From NCBI GenBank assembly GCA_963833425.1, contig CAWHXP010000007.1, forward strand, positions 32,001-96,000: DNA of 64,000 nucleotides. Reading direction: 5' to 3'. Below, piece after piece: positions 1-13,103 of this stretch. The stretch comes from an uncultured Methanosarcinaceae archaeon (GTDB lineage Archaea > Halobacteriota > Methanosarcinia > Methanosarcinales > Methanosarcinaceae). Below the pieces are notes generated by a model. It had not been told where the DNA came from and searched no databases. It saw only the letters and a list, made by a program, of their open reading frames with translations. Position 1 is the first letter of the stretch. Each line of letters begins with the position of its first letter. The translations under genes and the position numbers were made by a program.

Positions 1-322
1 ATTAATGGATGCATGCAATTTTACCTCAGCCTTGATCATGAGTCACTGAACAATCCGAAAAAAGAGTAAGTACGTACAAATATTTTTGCCAAACCAAGAT
101 TTGCGTCAATAAGACATTCCTGATCAGTATCACAATATTCCTTTAAGATCGGCCGAAATCAGCTATATTGGAAGTCTGCTCTACATTCTTCTTTTGAGCG
201 ATGATCCAGCTGATCTCTCTAGTATGAGCTTCATAACATAATGTGAATTAAACCTAAGAGATTAATGTGAAATCTTTTTCATTATATGCTCTAGCTGTCT
301 ATAGCATAGTGTTATACCAAAT

Positions 323-2230
323 TTAAAAGAACTTTGGCCTTGCAGAAAGATACTTTGCAAGTGGCAATTTCCTATAAGGTTTACCAGTTATTTCTTCTCT
401 AACCCGCTCATTGAGTTTTTCAGGAGTTATTTGCACTTTTTTTAGCTTATCATGATCGTAATTGGCTCTAATGGTAACGCTAATAGTACCATCCTCAATT
501 TCTTTGTCGCCAAGTACCACTAAATAAGGTATCCATTCCCTACTGGCCTCCCTTACCTTCTTCCCGATGGACATGTCGCGGTCATCAATATCCACCCTAC
601 AGTCAAGCCTTTTTGAAACCTCTTCAGCAAAAGACAGGTGCTTTTCCGAAATCGGCACTATTCGAACTTGGGTTGGAGAAAGCCAAATTGGGAGCAGGGG
701 AACTTTTCCATCATCAACTTCCATTGCAGCCTTTTCGAGAAGAGCATAAATACAGCGCTCAATTGCCCCGCTTGGCGAGCAATGAAGAACCGTCGGATTT
801 ATAGATTTCCCTTCAGCATTTACATAAGAAATATCATACCTTTCAGCGTTTTCCACATCTATTTGAACAGTAGAAAGGGCACTTGCCTTTGCCAAAGCAT
901 CTACAAAATTAAACTCAAACTTAAGTACGAAATAGAAGAATCTGGTATCCCACATTTCAACAAGCACGGGTTTGTCAACGGTTTTTGCCATGCTGACTAC
1001 AAGCTCTTTATTCAACTCGTAAAAGTCCCTGGTAAAACGGATGGCAACCTCATAATCATCAACGTAAATCCCCATATTTGCAAGTACACTGATGCATAAA
1101 TCATATTGCTTTTTAAACTGATCCACTGCCTGAGTCATATCCTCACAAAGAGTGTGCATATCAGGCATGGTAAAAGCCCGAAGTCTTCTCAAACCCACGA
1201 GTTCTCCTCGCTGTTCCTTCCTAAAACTATAGCGGGTCATTTCTATCATTTTCAGAGGCAAATTCTTATAAGAAATAGTCATGTCATGGTTCATCAAGAA
1301 TTGCCCAAAACAGGCTGCAAAACGTAGGAACATCTGTCGCTTATCAGATTCGATCGAATACTGCCTTGCTGGGAATCTATCTAGATATCTCTTCAGAGTA
1401 GGATGGTTCGCATCGTACATAAGGGGAGTTTCAACTTCCATTGCCCCGAATTCAGTTGTTACATCAAGCACGTAATTTTCAAGAAGGGACTTTACAAGCC
1501 TCCCTTTTGGGTAGTAGCGCATGTTTCCGGAATCTGACCCTGGCTCATAATCTGCAAGTTCAAGCCTTCGCATAAGCTCTACATGTGGAGGAGCCCCCTC
1601 AACAACTCTGCTCTTGGAAATTTCATAGTTTACGAACTGCTGAAGCTTAGTGTAAGGAGTCAAGTCAAAATTCTCAATTTCATGAAGTTCGCCATCAGGA
1701 GTCAGAATGCACCAGTGAGATCTAGCAGTACTTTCAGCTTTCAGCGCCTCGGACACAAATTCGTCTTTTTCTCCGGCCGCATCTGCTTTACTTACTGCCA
1801 CTGCCACTCCTACAGGGCGAATGCTTCTGGAAAGTTCGGAAAGGGGATGCCCTTTACAGCTTATTGTAAAGGCTTTATACCACCCAAAAGGAGCACGTTT
1901 TACATCATATTTACCTAAGAGAGCCGTCTCTATTCCTTTTAATACCTGCACTGCGATTTTCGGGGAGGAAAGATCAGAACTTAAGTGCGCATAAGGATAG
2001 AGCATTATACGATTGGTTTTGACCTGGGCCGCAACCTTTTCGATTTCAAAAACAGCTTTATCTATAGATTCCTTAGGATTTACTTCATCTATGCTTTCCA
2101 CAGCTGTAAAAGCCGTAAGTGCCTCTTCAAGCCTGCAAGACTTTAAGGACTCCTCAATTTTTTCAGCAACTGTAGTTTGTTTTTTGATTTCGTATTCTAT
2201 GTAATTAGAATGAATTAGCAATAACTGCAT
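323..2230 (-). CDS. thrS: Threonine--tRNA ligase, archaeal type with N-terminal editing domain
   Basis: 635 aa; MQLLLIHS start, YPYAHLS and RAPFGWYK editing motifs, [30 protein letters not shown]. Confidence 0.97.
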   Translation of the reverse strand: MQLLLIHSNYIEYEIKKQTTVAEKIEESLKSCRLEEALTAFTAVESIDEVNPKESIDKAVFEIEKVAAQVKTNRIMLYPYAHLSSDLSSPKIAVQVLKGIETALLGKYDVKRAPFGWYKAFTISCKGHPLSELSRSIRPVGVAVAVSKADAAGEKDEFVSEALKAESTARSHWCILTPDGELHEIENFDLTPYTKLQQFVNYEISKSRVVEGAPPHVELMRRLELADYEPGSDSGNMRYYPKGRLVKSLLENYVLDVTTEFGAMEVETPLMYDANHPTLKRYLDRFPARQYSIESDKRQMFLRFAACFGQFLMNHDMTISYKNLPLKMIEMTRYSFRKEQRGELVGLRRLRAFTMPDMHTLCEDMTQAVDQFKKQYDLCISVLANMGIYVDDYEVAIRFTRDFYELNKELVVSMAKTVDKPVLVEMWDTRFFYFVLKFEFNFVDALAKASALSTVQIDVENAERYDISYVNAEGKSINPTVLHCSPSGAIERCIYALLEKAAMEVDDGKVPLLPIWLSPTQVRIVPISEKHLSFAEEVSKRLDCRVDIDDRDMSIGKKVREASREWIPYLVVLGDKEIEDGTISVTIRANYDHDKLKKVQITPEKLNERVREEITGKPYRKLPLAKYLSARPKFF

Positions 2231-2519
2231 TCTATCACCGTGTTCTATGAAAAGCTGGAATATGCTCCCGAATTAACTTCGATTCAGAATCAAATAAATT
2301 GAATTATTTTATAATCGTCTGATATCTGCATTTGTCATTAGATCTTGATTAAATGAATACAAAGAATATACGAGGATTCTAATATCCTGCAACGATATAA
2401 AGTAATCCCTTAACTGATATCTCTTATTTTATCCTCAGAGCTTTTCTAAATTTTAAGAACGATTCGGTCACTTTTTGATTTCTAGGAATTTATGCTCTGA
2501 TTCATCCTTACGAGAGCAT

Positions 2520-2960
2520 GTCAGATTCTTGAATAGCAAAATCTAAGCATATATTAAAATTATATTAATCACGATTTTATCAGAATGGAAAATAGATTTA
2601 TAAATTATCTGAATTTTCTTACTGTTCTTAAACTTGGAGGAGAAGCATAAAAAAGAATATCAAAAACGTTTTTTGCTTCATTCTCAAATCTTTTTTGGGT
2701 ATTGAAAAATTGAGTTCCTGATGATGTTTATTTGTGGTTTTGTTTTGTTGTAGCATCCGTGTGATTATTTTTTCGAATTTTTCTATTTATGATTGTGCTT
2801 TAATTCAATTAATTACAAGTGTTCCAAATGTTCTAAGTGATCCATGAGCTCCATAAGCTCTATGAGTTTCATAAGTTCCATGAGTCGTAGATAAGCAATT
2901 TCTTCTTATTTTGGATGGACCTTAAGAAATTAAGAGATTTTATCACAAAAACTTTATACA
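2520..2960 (+). repeat. ~420-bp dispersed non-coding element, copy A
   Basis: Aligns by eye with 36184-36605 and the reverse complement of 50643-51062 (shared ttttcttactg-tcttaaacttg, attgaaaaattgagtt, ttattttg-atgga-ctta). Confidence 0.85.
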
Positions 2961-3178
2961 AATGTAACTCTAAAAACAGAAGCTTTTTCAATAAAAAATT
3001 GGCTCGGTAATATTTGTTTGTGATGAAGTAAAGTGATATATAGTCAATTAGATTCACGTATGTTTAACTACATTGTCATGAAAGCAGATTGGCTTTGTAA
3101 ACATTAGAAAGATATCTGAACAACATATTCTTATGCATCCTTGTGATAAAACAGCTTCAATATATGGAGAAAAACTTA

Positions 3179-3726
3179 ATGTCTTTAAGATTTAATTTCT
3201 TTATAGCGCTTGGAATTGCAATGTATGCTTTTGCAGTATCCATGTCTAGAAGTACCACAATAAAACCTTTCAGTGTTAATGGCGCTCTAAAATTTGCTAT
3301 TTTTTTGGAGGATTTTCAGGCTTTGATGCCTGTATTTGGCTGGCTTGGCGGGTACACAATATAAAACTATTTTCTACTTATGGTCAATAGATTGCATCTG
3401 ATATTCTTGTTTTTATTGGAATTAAGACGATATCTGAAGCTTTTTACAAAAAACCGGACGGAAAAAAGGGTTCTCTTAATTATTCGATACTTCTTATGCT
3501 TGCAGTTGCAACAAGTATAGATGCTTTTTTTTGTAAGAAGAAGTTTTATATTTCTCAATGTGCCTATTATTTGAATCTGCACTCATTATAGGTTGTGTGA
3601 CGTTTGTTATGGTTTTTGTGGAGCGATTATAGGATATAGATTAGGGCACTTCTTTGGGAATGAAATAGAAATTCTAGCTGGCCTGATCCTGATAGGACTT
3701 GGAATCTATTCATTTGTATTTACTAA
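3179..3726 (+). pseudogene. mntP: Manganese efflux pump MntP family, frameshifted
   Basis: Fragments IALGIAMYAFAVSMS, FQALMPVFGWLGG, LMLAVATSIDA and EILAGLILIGLG lie in different frames with stops. Confidence 0.85.
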
Positions 3727-3874
3727 TTGATTCGAGCAATAACCATGTGAATACAGAGAGCAGATTTCACGGTTACTGTCAACAAATCTAAATTTTCAAA
3801 TGGAAAAAATATAATAATAAACCTGAAAATTAGATGAACATTAATAAAATCAACGAAGAAAACGATAATAATCC

Positions 3875-4391
3875 TAAAAAAACCGTAGAAACGCTCGAAA
3901 CCCTGCCCCAAAGGCCAGCAGTCATAAGGTCCGGCTGCCTACGTCATTTCTGCAGCCGTCGTATGCCATTTGCCGATAGCATAGGGGTTGTAACCATGCT
4001 GCAGAAGTATCTCCAACAAAAAAAACCGTTTTCAAAATGTATATTGCCATTATACCCTGGAAAACCCGTTGATCCTCCAATGACACTTGCCATTTTATTC
4101 GAATGACGGTTTCGGCCGGCAATTATGCACGACTGTAGGGGGCACAGGGCAATCGTATGCATATTGGCATAGGCAAGACCTCCAGCAGCCAAGCTAACAA
4201 ATGTTTGGTGTATTGATAGGGCTACCATACACCTTTTTGTCCAAATCCCATTTTGTCAAATACGATGAACAGTACATCGGGAGCGCCCTCTTTAGCACCC
4301 AGTGGTTCCGGCCAAGCTGGTCCAGACTGATCTATTGTACGCCCGATTATGCCTGGAAAAGTGGTTCCTGATTTATATTTTTTAATGACAA
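3875..4391 (-). pseudogene. Arylsulfatase N-terminal fragment, frameshifted and truncated
   Basis: FPGIIGRTIDQSGPAWPEPLGAKEGAPDVLFIV, STGFPGYNG, AIGKWH and PLGQGFERFYGF across several frames. Confidence 0.85.
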
Positions 4392-4529
4392 TTTGTTTCC
4401 TCGATTGTTAGTTGATACTGTTTGAAAGCTCCGGAAAACGAGGCAAATAGAAAAGGAATTCGTCTACTTTCACCCGACTTTTTTGGTAAAATTCATAATT
4501 TTCTTGCCTGATTATCAATTCTGAAAAAG

Positions 4530-5554
4530 CTAAGGATTTTTAGTTGAGTTGGCAAGGCAATGATCGAATTTCTCACTCAATGTTTTTTCATCTACTGTTC
4601 CATGCGCGCCGATAGCAACAATCTTTGTACACGGTGTACGCTTACCCCATTCCTCCGCAAGCGTGATGTCAACACGCTTGCCAATTACCTGTAGCACTGC
4701 GCGTTTATCGGGGGTGTCGGCAGTGAAGATCACACCCTTGCAACGATAGATATTCGCTGGAAGGCGCGATGTCACTTCCCATAGCGCTTCGATTGATAGC
4801 GGTTGGTTGGTCTCATAGCACCAGGTACTGAAGGTAAGCGTATGATCGTTGTGATGCTGTTGACATTGTGGGTCATTACAGATTCGTTCATCATGGTAGT
4901 TGGTATCGAAGTCCAACTGCGACGTGTCGAAGCGCCCGGCAGAGAGCAATATTTCCAACGGAACATCACACTTCCTAGCCTCGATGATCCTGTAACGATG
5001 GAAATGCTCATCAAGATAAGCTTTGATCCTCTCGATCTGGTCGCGATCCACCAAGTCTATCATTATTCAAGAACAACATGTCTGCTGTAGCAATCTGCCA
5101 GAGTTTGAGTCGGATTTGCTCCGGCGAATTGAAAACCTGCTCCGCATCCATCACGCAAGTGATGCTATCGAGCCGGATGCTATCACGGAAACGTGCATCG
5201 GTAAAAGTTATCGCGATTCCTGCCGGGTCGGCGAAGCCGCTGGCTTCGAGGAGGATGTATTCAGGGTTCTCGGGGCGTTCCATCACCTGTTCAACCGCTC
5301 GATCAGGTCATCGCGGATCAAGCAGCAGACACAGCCGTTGGAGAGGCTTATGACGTCGCTCTCACTCCGACCACGAGATCGGCATCGATGTTGATGGAGC
5401 CGAAGTCGTTCACGAGCACGGCCACACTCAAGCCGTGATCACCGTTGGGAATAAGGTTGAGAAGCGTGGTCTTGCCTGCACCAAGGAAAACGGTCAGGAC
5501 GGTGACGGGCACAGCCCGTCGTTCCATTGGCATTTCAAGTTCCGATGGGTTCAT
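4530..5554 (-). pseudogene. COG0523/CobW G3E metallochaperone GTPase, split into three ORFs
   Basis: PVTVLTVFLGAGKTTLLN, VNDFG, SNGCVCC, LEASG, and a CobW_C-like IYRCKGVI...LQVIGKR segment. Confidence 0.9.
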
Positions 5555-5556
5555 TT

Positions 5557-6939
5557 TCAAGCACGTGGTGTGTAAGGATCACTCGTTTCTATGGGGATCG
5601 GGGGATACTTCTTGAGGCTCTCCTGGAAAGATACAAGTGCCTTGGCTATCCCATGCAACACCCAGCCGTGTGTGATGGTTGTCTGCAGACTTTCGTCCGA
5701 CCGCTCTCAGGGTTGATATAGAGATCGAACAGTCTAGGGATAGCTAGCTTCTGCGGAGCGTCGTTCATACTTTCTTGCCAAATAAAATGCGCTTTCCAGT
5801 TGCACCACTTTACCGCATAAAGATTGGTTCCCAGAAATACCGGTAACCATTCACGCGCCGAATGCTCCTGCTTACCCAACATAAAACCTGTCTGGTCCAA
5901 GTCCGTAGATAGCCCTATCGATAGGAATCTCAGCACCACCAATCAATGCCAACGTGGTATACACGTCCCCTTCGTGCACGATTTAGTTGCTCACGCTACC
6001 TTAGGAATCTTGCCCGGCCAGCGGATAATTAAGGGCACACGCGGAGAGCCTTCAATAGTGGTCACGTAAGATCCAGACCACGGACCGTTCCAGCCACGCC
6101 ACGCTCGCGTGTCCTCAGGTCCATTATCGCTACAGAATATGAAAATTGAATTATCCTGGATTTTCAAGTCTGCCACAGCGTCGAGCATCTGTCCCACGCA
6201 CCAGTCAACCTGGGCAAGCACATCAGCAAAGTCTCAGTGTCCTGTTTTACCAGAGAATTTATTCGATGGTTCTGTTGGCAGGTGCGGCTGGGTTATCGGT
6301 ACGTAGGCGAAGAAAGGTTTCCCCCTTTCACGCTACGCTTCATGAAGTCGATAGTCTTCTAAGTGACCTCGACGTCAATTTCACGACTGGCATCAGCGTC
6401 GTAGACTTTCAATTTCTTAGTCTCCTCGCCCCGATGACCCTCCATGATATACTCCAAGCTTGCAATCGTAGGATCGAAATCCGATTGCTGTGCCCACATG
6501 CTTTCGTCCAACGAGTTAGGGATACCCCACCATTCATCGAAGCGTTGGTCATTCGGATAGCGCCCTTGGCTATCTCCAAGATGCCACTTATCATAATGAA
6601 CCGTAGAGTAGCCCTTTTTGGACAGCATTTCCGCTAGCGTGATCTCCCACTGCACCAGCCCGTAGGAGCGACCATCAGCCGGGACAGTGTGAGTGCCAGA
6701 GCGAATTGGGTAGTCTGGCCTGTTATGAGTGCGAAACGGCTGGGAGTACACGATGATTCAACATTGAAGTTCATCAGCCTCATCCCCTCGCCGGTGAGTT
6801 TGTCGAGCCGCGGCGTCGGAGGTCCACGCAGAATGCCACCGCCATAAGAGCCGAGTTTGCCGTAGCCAAGGTTGTCAGCGAAGATTAGGACAATGTTTGA
6901 TTTATTGTCTGCGGTGTTAGCAACTGATTTAGGTGTCAT
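5557..6939 (-). pseudogene. Cys-type sulfatase, multiply frameshifted
   Basis: [25 protein letters not shown] (CxPxR), KWHLG, SDNGPE, EGSPRVPLIIRWPG spread over ORFs 6634-6984, 6359-6751, 5991-6221 and 5646-5942. Confidence 0.9.
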
Positions 6940-7217
6940 GAATTTATCCTCCAGTTTATGATTGTTGATGATTACTTGATCCACGTTAGTTGTCCCTCAC
7001 TTTCTAGTATCCTTCATGGCTATCTGCGACTCCACAATCCAGTTCTATGCATGTCAAATAGCCGGTTGCGGCTCTTGCTCACTACATAGCCGTCGATGCG
7101 GTCGTAATCGATGTTTTCAGCCCATGATGACTAAGTTCAGGCTGTCGACGTATCACCGAACTCGTGCATGAGCAAAAGCAGACACATCCATGTTTCACGG
7201 TTACTTCATTGGGGCGG

Positions 7218-8538
7218 CTATTTTTTCTCCCCACCTGGCAACATTTTCTCGACATCAATCTTCAAGCTCTTAGGGAATGCCGTGTGACGCTCACGATAGA
7301 CATCAGGAGGGTAGTATTTCTTCGGATCGATCTACTGGTCGCGCCCAGCCTGCTCCACGAGGTCCTAATATTTATTCCAGGAGTCAGGGTAGGTGACTTC
7401 GGTCTTCGTGGGACTGAAATCGAAAATCTCAACGGCATCCCTGGAACTGGGTCTTGCGGAGTTACCTGATTCGGGGATTGCGGCTTTGCGCGTCCAGATT
7501 GCTTCCTTGGTCACGTTGACGACGACTCCGTCAGACGCTCCGAACTGGAACAACCCGTCCCAATGCGTCCGGATTCCTGCGATTATTTCAGGGATAAGTC
7601 CCTCGCAGTATTGTATATGAGTTGCCATTGCAACGCGCTGCTAGGACCTGCTTGAAGAGGTATCCTGTAGCATAATGGACTGTGTGTGCGATGTCGATGG
7701 CTGTGGTGCCGATGATTGGTGGCATCCCGAACTTCATCGCTTGGACGTTCAGGTGTCCGGGATCAACTCGGTGACGAATACATCCGCACCCTTAGAGAGC
7801 TTGGCTGTCAGCTCGTCGGGGCGGACTTCGCCTGTCCAGACAAAGCTTAAACCATTCCATTCGAGCCAATAGGCTGAGGCACCGTCCTTGTTGTGTGTGC
7901 GGCGTCAGTGGCGGATGATTACACCATCCTTATCGTTGCAAATGCCATTGTCGTCACGGAAATCGAACTCTTTGACCTCGACCTCATAGACCGTCATCCA
8001 TCGGCATGGCATTGAAACATCCGTATTCCAGTAGGTCATACCCTTCATGTGATAGATCATTGCTTTAGTGCTGTCTTTTGGCGTGCTACCGATGGGCCAG
8101 TCACACGCAACGGCTTCCAGCGACCCAGCCACGGAGAAAGGCAGTAGATGTACGGCAGTTCGCCATAGTGATCAATATGCAGATGGGTGAGAAAGACGTC
8201 ATTGACCATCACTAGTGGCACCTGCATAGCGACAATGTTGCGTAGGCAGCCTGGGACGAGATCGAAAAAGAACCTTTTACCATGCCCAACTCGACCATGA
8301 TACAGGTGGCTGCCTGCGTCCGTGTGGGCGGAACGGGCGAACTACCCATGAACGATATGCGCATTTCGTCTGGACCAAGTTCTTCAAGACCGGGAGAATA
8401 GTTGTTTGAGTTCTTCACCGAGGGCGTTGGCCGGTAGTAAGGCGGTAACGTGATACCTGTGTTCGGCTTCCCACAGTAAGGGTTCTTTACTTGATACTTC
8501 TCATCAGTGTTTTCGGATGTTTCATCAGTTTACACATG
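7218..8538 (-). pseudogene. RNase Z/AtsA-like metallo-beta-lactamase-fold hydrolase (GntH-like), frameshifted
   Basis: EELGPDEMRISFMGS N-terminus and DVFLTHLHIDHYG (HxHxDH) near 8160-8200; several frameshifts and stops. Confidence 0.8.
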
Positions 8539-8586
8539 TACCCTTCCTTTATTGGAAAATTCTTGAAGATACAAATAATAGGAAAG

Positions 8587-8822
8587 GAATTTCTTCTCCT
8601 TCACCCGATTACAGAGATATTACTGAGCATAAAAAAGACAGAAGAAATTATTAGGTTATCAAATATTTATAACCGTAGTCTAATAGAAGCTAGCTTGTAC
8701 CCCTTAGTAGCCATTGGACATGATGGTAAAATTACTGATATAAATCTTCAACAGAATTGATTACTAGTTATTCACGGGACGAACTTATTGGTACCGATTT
8801 TACGAACTATTTCACTAATCCA
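8587..8822 (+). pseudogene. PAS-domain sensor kinase fragment
   Basis: IRLSNIYNRSLIEASLYPLVAIGHDGKITDIN...YSRDELIGTDFTNYFTNP, typical of Methanosarcina PAS repeats. Confidence 0.7.
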
Positions 8823-9228
8823 TAAAAATATTTTTAATAGTCCTAATAAATACTACTTTTTTTGCATTGTTTCAACTTGTCCTAAGAGAACTTACGACAT
8901 TTGTTCAAAGCACCTTTCATTCTCAATATCTTAGTTTCCTAATACAACCCGATAGATTAAGGTTTCAATATTTCAATCCTAAAAAAACATCAATTCGCCT
9001 AGTATCTAGTCCTTTCCGTCCAACTTGTGGCCACAATTTCAAATAAGGTGATGGCTACTAAAATAATCAAAGGATAGGTCACTTAGACATAACAGTAATC
9101 TGACTTAAAATGAACTGGACTTTAGATTAATAGTCAAATATCTAGAAAATTCCGATTGGATGCAAATATATCAGAGGAACAAATTAGTTAGCTCCAAAAT
9201 TTCTACACTATCAAACCCAACCATAATT

Positions 9229-9420
9229 TTATGCTCCGTTAACTGTAAAAGCTGCCCATAGTAGGGATGATGGAAAGGCTTCTCATTTGGTGATTCTTCG
9301 GCCATTTTGAAGTAGCAATCCCTGCATTTTTCTATAAATTCTTCGCTTTTACCTTCCCATTTGCCCGAATGGTAGTATTTTGATACTAAAATTCTTGCCT
9401 TTGGGTGCCATTTTCCAGGT
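9229..9420 (-). pseudogene. CHAT-domain protein C-terminal remnant
   Basis: EKPFHHPYY then, restoring one base, WAAFTVNGA-stop (HPyyWAaF signature). Confidence 0.6.
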
Positions 9421-9791
9421 AATGAGAATGATTAATTTTCCTAATTGTAAAAATTTACACTGATTTTGCAACAAAGCCAGATTTTTTGCACCACAACTAG
9501 TTTAAGGAAAGAATTTCCAAAGTACTTAGGAAAACATAACCTTGGATATCGATATCATAAAATTATTTGGGCTTCAATTAATCTACAACTGGATAATCAC
9601 AGTGGAAAAATATTTTTTTAGTCATCCTATAAAATGGGTTGTGGTGCAAAAAGTTCTGTCTATATAAATTTTGGTGGATTTATGGATTACATCCCATTAA
9701 CTGACCAAAGTTAATAGGAGAGCTTCCTACAGTACCGCGGTTGTAGAATTGTTTGTGGATTTTCAATTAGAGAAACAGTTGTTGTTGCGGG

Positions 9792-10811
9792 TCATCCTAT
9801 AAATTTCCCTAATGCAAAGGGCATGTTTCCTACATTCATCTTGGATCTAACAGTGTTTGCTGCAGTGTCAATTATAACGACCGTGTTGTCCCCAGGGTTT
9901 GTCAAATAAACCTTTGTTCCGTCAGGAGTGATTGCAGCTCCTACAGGATTAGATCCAATATGTACCGTGGCTATAACGGTGTTAGTGGATGTATCGATTA
10001 CAGAAACTGTGCCACTTCCCTCATTAGCCACATATACCTTTGTTCCATCAGGTGTGACTGCAGCTTCCCACGGAGTGTTTCCCACATCTATTGAAGCTGT
10101 AACAGTGTATGTAGCTGCATCAATTACAGATACATTGCTGCTTTCTTGATTCGTCACATATACCTTTTTTCCATTTGGTGTGATAGCAATTCCCTTTGGC
10201 TTTAGCCCTACATTCACGGTGGCTGTGACCATGTTTGTAGCTGTGTCAATTACAGTTACATTGTTGCTATCGTAGATTGCCACATACGCCTTTGTTCCCG
10301 CTGGGTTGACTACAACTCCTTCAGGTTCCCCGCTCACATTCACCGTGGTTGTAACCCTGTTGATTGCTGTGTTAATTACAGAGACATTGCTATCTCCTGA
10401 ATTCGTCACATATATAGTTGTTCCATCCGGGGTTACTGCAACTCCCGCAGGACAGAATCCTACATTTATCGTATCTGTGACCTTTTTTGTGGCAGTATCA
10501 ATTATAGATACAGTGTTGCTGCCCTCGTTCGCCACATATACTTTTGTTCCATCATTGGCGACCGTGACTCCTTCTGGTGATGATCCTACATCCACAGTGG
10601 CAATAATGGTGCCAGTGGATGTGTCAATAACCGAGACATTGTTGCTGCCGTCGTTCGTGATATATGCACATGTTGCCTTCGGCGATGAACTTTGTATAGG
10701 AGCTGCCGAAGCTACAGATAAAACGAAAATTAAAGAAAATACCACCAACGAAATTGCCAACTTCTTATTTTCGTTGCTAAATAACTGTTTCACCATTTGT
10801 TTAAGCCCCAA
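9792..10811 (-). CDS. Secreted YVTN beta-propeller repeat surface protein
   Basis: Signal peptide plus about seven YV(T/A)N-x-S-x-x-VSVID repeats. Confidence 0.92.
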   Translation of the reverse strand: MGLKQMVKQLFSNENKKLAISLVVFSLIFVLSVASAAPIQSSSPKATCAYITNDGSNNVSVIDTSTGTIIATVDVGSSPEGVTVANDGTKVYVANEGSNTVSIIDTATKKVTDTINVGFCPAGVAVTPDGTTIYVTNSGDSNVSVINTAINRVTTTVNVSGEPEGVVVNPAGTKAYVAIYDSNNVTVIDTATNMVTATVNVGLKPKGIAITPNGKKVYVTNQESSNVSVIDAATYTVTASIDVGNTPWEAAVTPDGTKVYVANEGSGTVSVIDTSTNTVIATVHIGSNPVGAAITPDGTKVYLTNPGDNTVVIIDTAANTVRSKMNVGNMPFALGKFIG

Positions 10812-11789
10812 ACTCTTGATAAATTTTAGTTAACTTTTAAAACACAATTGTGGAATATATGCATATTATATGCATATACTATAATATATGTGGAAATATA
10901 AATAAGGAACAAATAAATTTATCGGCCATTTTTATCTTTCTACGTTTTGATGATACTAATGGTCAGTAAACTTCTTAATGTAAATTTGACTCAAAGATCA
11001 ATCATCGTTAGCTTGCGCATTTATACCTTTAGTGCTTCTTCCAGCTTCAATATACTTAATATCCTAGAATCTCGAATTCTTATTATTATTCCTAATAATA
11101 AAATTTTAATAACTATAACTATATGTTAGCATAAGTATAAATTATCTGACATTTGTTTTTTTTTTAAACCGTTAACTTTGGTATTCATATCTATTATAAA
11201 ACATTGAACAAGAAGACAATCTTCTTTCGATTGACCTCCAAGAAAGGCGAAAAAGATCCAGAAAAGCAGGCTCCAGAAATGTTTGAACCTCATAAAATTT
11301 TTTACCGATGAAATCGAAATTTTCGATATGAAATTTCCAACTGTGTTTATGTAAAGTACAAAAGTGAGATGAAAATTTTGACGTAGGTTCTATATATGGG
11401 AAATAGTTTCAGAGACTCTCATTTCTGGAATAAGCAATTTCAATGATTTTTTTTCTCAGGAGATCAGATTGCTTCATGGCTTGGATCTTTCTGAATGTAT
11501 ACCAATCTGTGGATAAAATATACAACCACAGAATCTCAAGGATTGTATAGGAAGTACCAAGGTTGATCTAATACAGATAATTCAAGAAGCAGAAAGAAAA
11601 ATAACAAGTCAAAAGAATTTTTTAACCAAAAAAGAAATCAATTGGATAGCAGAGGCAATTATTACTCTACAAGAAAAATAGCCACAATAACGTAGCATCT
11701 AATTGCAAATGATGAGATTTATGAGATTAAAAAAGTGCGAAAATGGGGAAATTCATGAAAGAAAGATTGTCGAGACTGAGAAATCCTAA

Positions 11790-12922
11790 GAAAATTTCGA
11801 TAAACTTCGGATTTTATTTCTTAGCAGGAATTTCTCATATCTTCCACTCAATTTCTCTATTTAATTCCTCTTTTTGGCTTTACTTTATTCTCAATTCTTT
11901 GATTTTAAAGATAGCTTCCGCTATCTTCAATATACTTTTTTTATTTTCAATGTCCTCAATTGATGGAGATTATAACAAAAAGCCGTAAACAACATTTTTA
12001 GATTTACTCTTTTAACAGTAGTAACAAAAACTCTTCCTGCTTTGAAAATTTCATTCGTTACTGAATAAACTCTTTCTCCTGGGACTCTTTTTGAGCTAAT
12101 TCTCTTATTTCTTAATATATCCTTTATTCCCAGCGTATGTCCTTTGACCGTTCTTTTCATTGTTGCATTATACCCTTTCGTTTTTGCTCCAAAGTATCCT
12201 CTGCCCCTATAAACCACTTCTTTTTCCTCTGTTATATCTACATACGAATCATGTACTTACGCAGTTGTTGTTTTGAATCTTCTGATCAGCTCATAATCTC
12301 TGTCTATTATATTATGAAACTTATATCCAAAGTGAAACTTACCTCCCTTCTTTATCCATGTTCCGTCTCTGATTATTCTTGTTTTTGCCTCATCTCTCTG
12401 CTTTTGCATGTCATGGATCTGAATGGATAAAAGTAGCATCCTGAATCATTCATTGCTTTATCCGTAAATCCAGAGCATCAAGTTGGCTTTGCAACTTTCC
12501 CCATATTTTCTTTGAAATTCTCGATAATTCTCTCCCTAAATAGCCATACAGTAGTACTGTCAGGTATGTATTCCAGAAATCCAAGGAATTTCCTAAAAGA
12601 AATTCGATCTATACACTGTTCTCAAGTTCAAAATCAGAGAGCCTGTGCCATTGTTGCAAAATAAGCATTTTGAACATCACAACGATATCAGTTTCAGGTC
12701 GCCCTCCCGAAATGGTTTTGTCGATATACATAGACTCAAGGATAATACGAAACGTTTTCCAATCAATTAAGGAAGCAATTCAGCAAGCTGATCTCCACCA
12801 GATTCAAGACGTTTATACTCTTCTTGAAGAGCAAAATCAATAAGAGTTTTCATGAATATACATAAATATTGACAAATTTAAAGTCAACCATGCTCAAGAA
12901 CATGGAGTTTATCGAAATTCTC
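11790..12922 (-). mobile_element. IS5-family element with inactivated transposase
   Basis: Terminal IRs GA(G/A)AATTTCGATAAACT; transposase fragments QDATFIHSDP, FGYKFH, VYRGRGYFG; near-identical to 53243-54378. Confidence 0.92.
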
Positions 12923-13103
12923 TATAGTAACTACCATAAAAATGAAGAGTATTCCGAGAAATCCAAATGTTTTGTCGTCCCATCTAAATCGTATATTAAT
13001 GTCGTGAAGGCCAGAGATTTTTTGATAATCCTCTAAAGCGTACAAAATATTACATACCATCAATGGAATAAATTGTAGGTGCAGAAAGTCCGAGGTAATA
13101 ATT

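Noticed and set aside
11110..11700. Coding-like fragments upstream of the IS5
   Set aside because: Probably a pseudogene, but I cannot assign a family.
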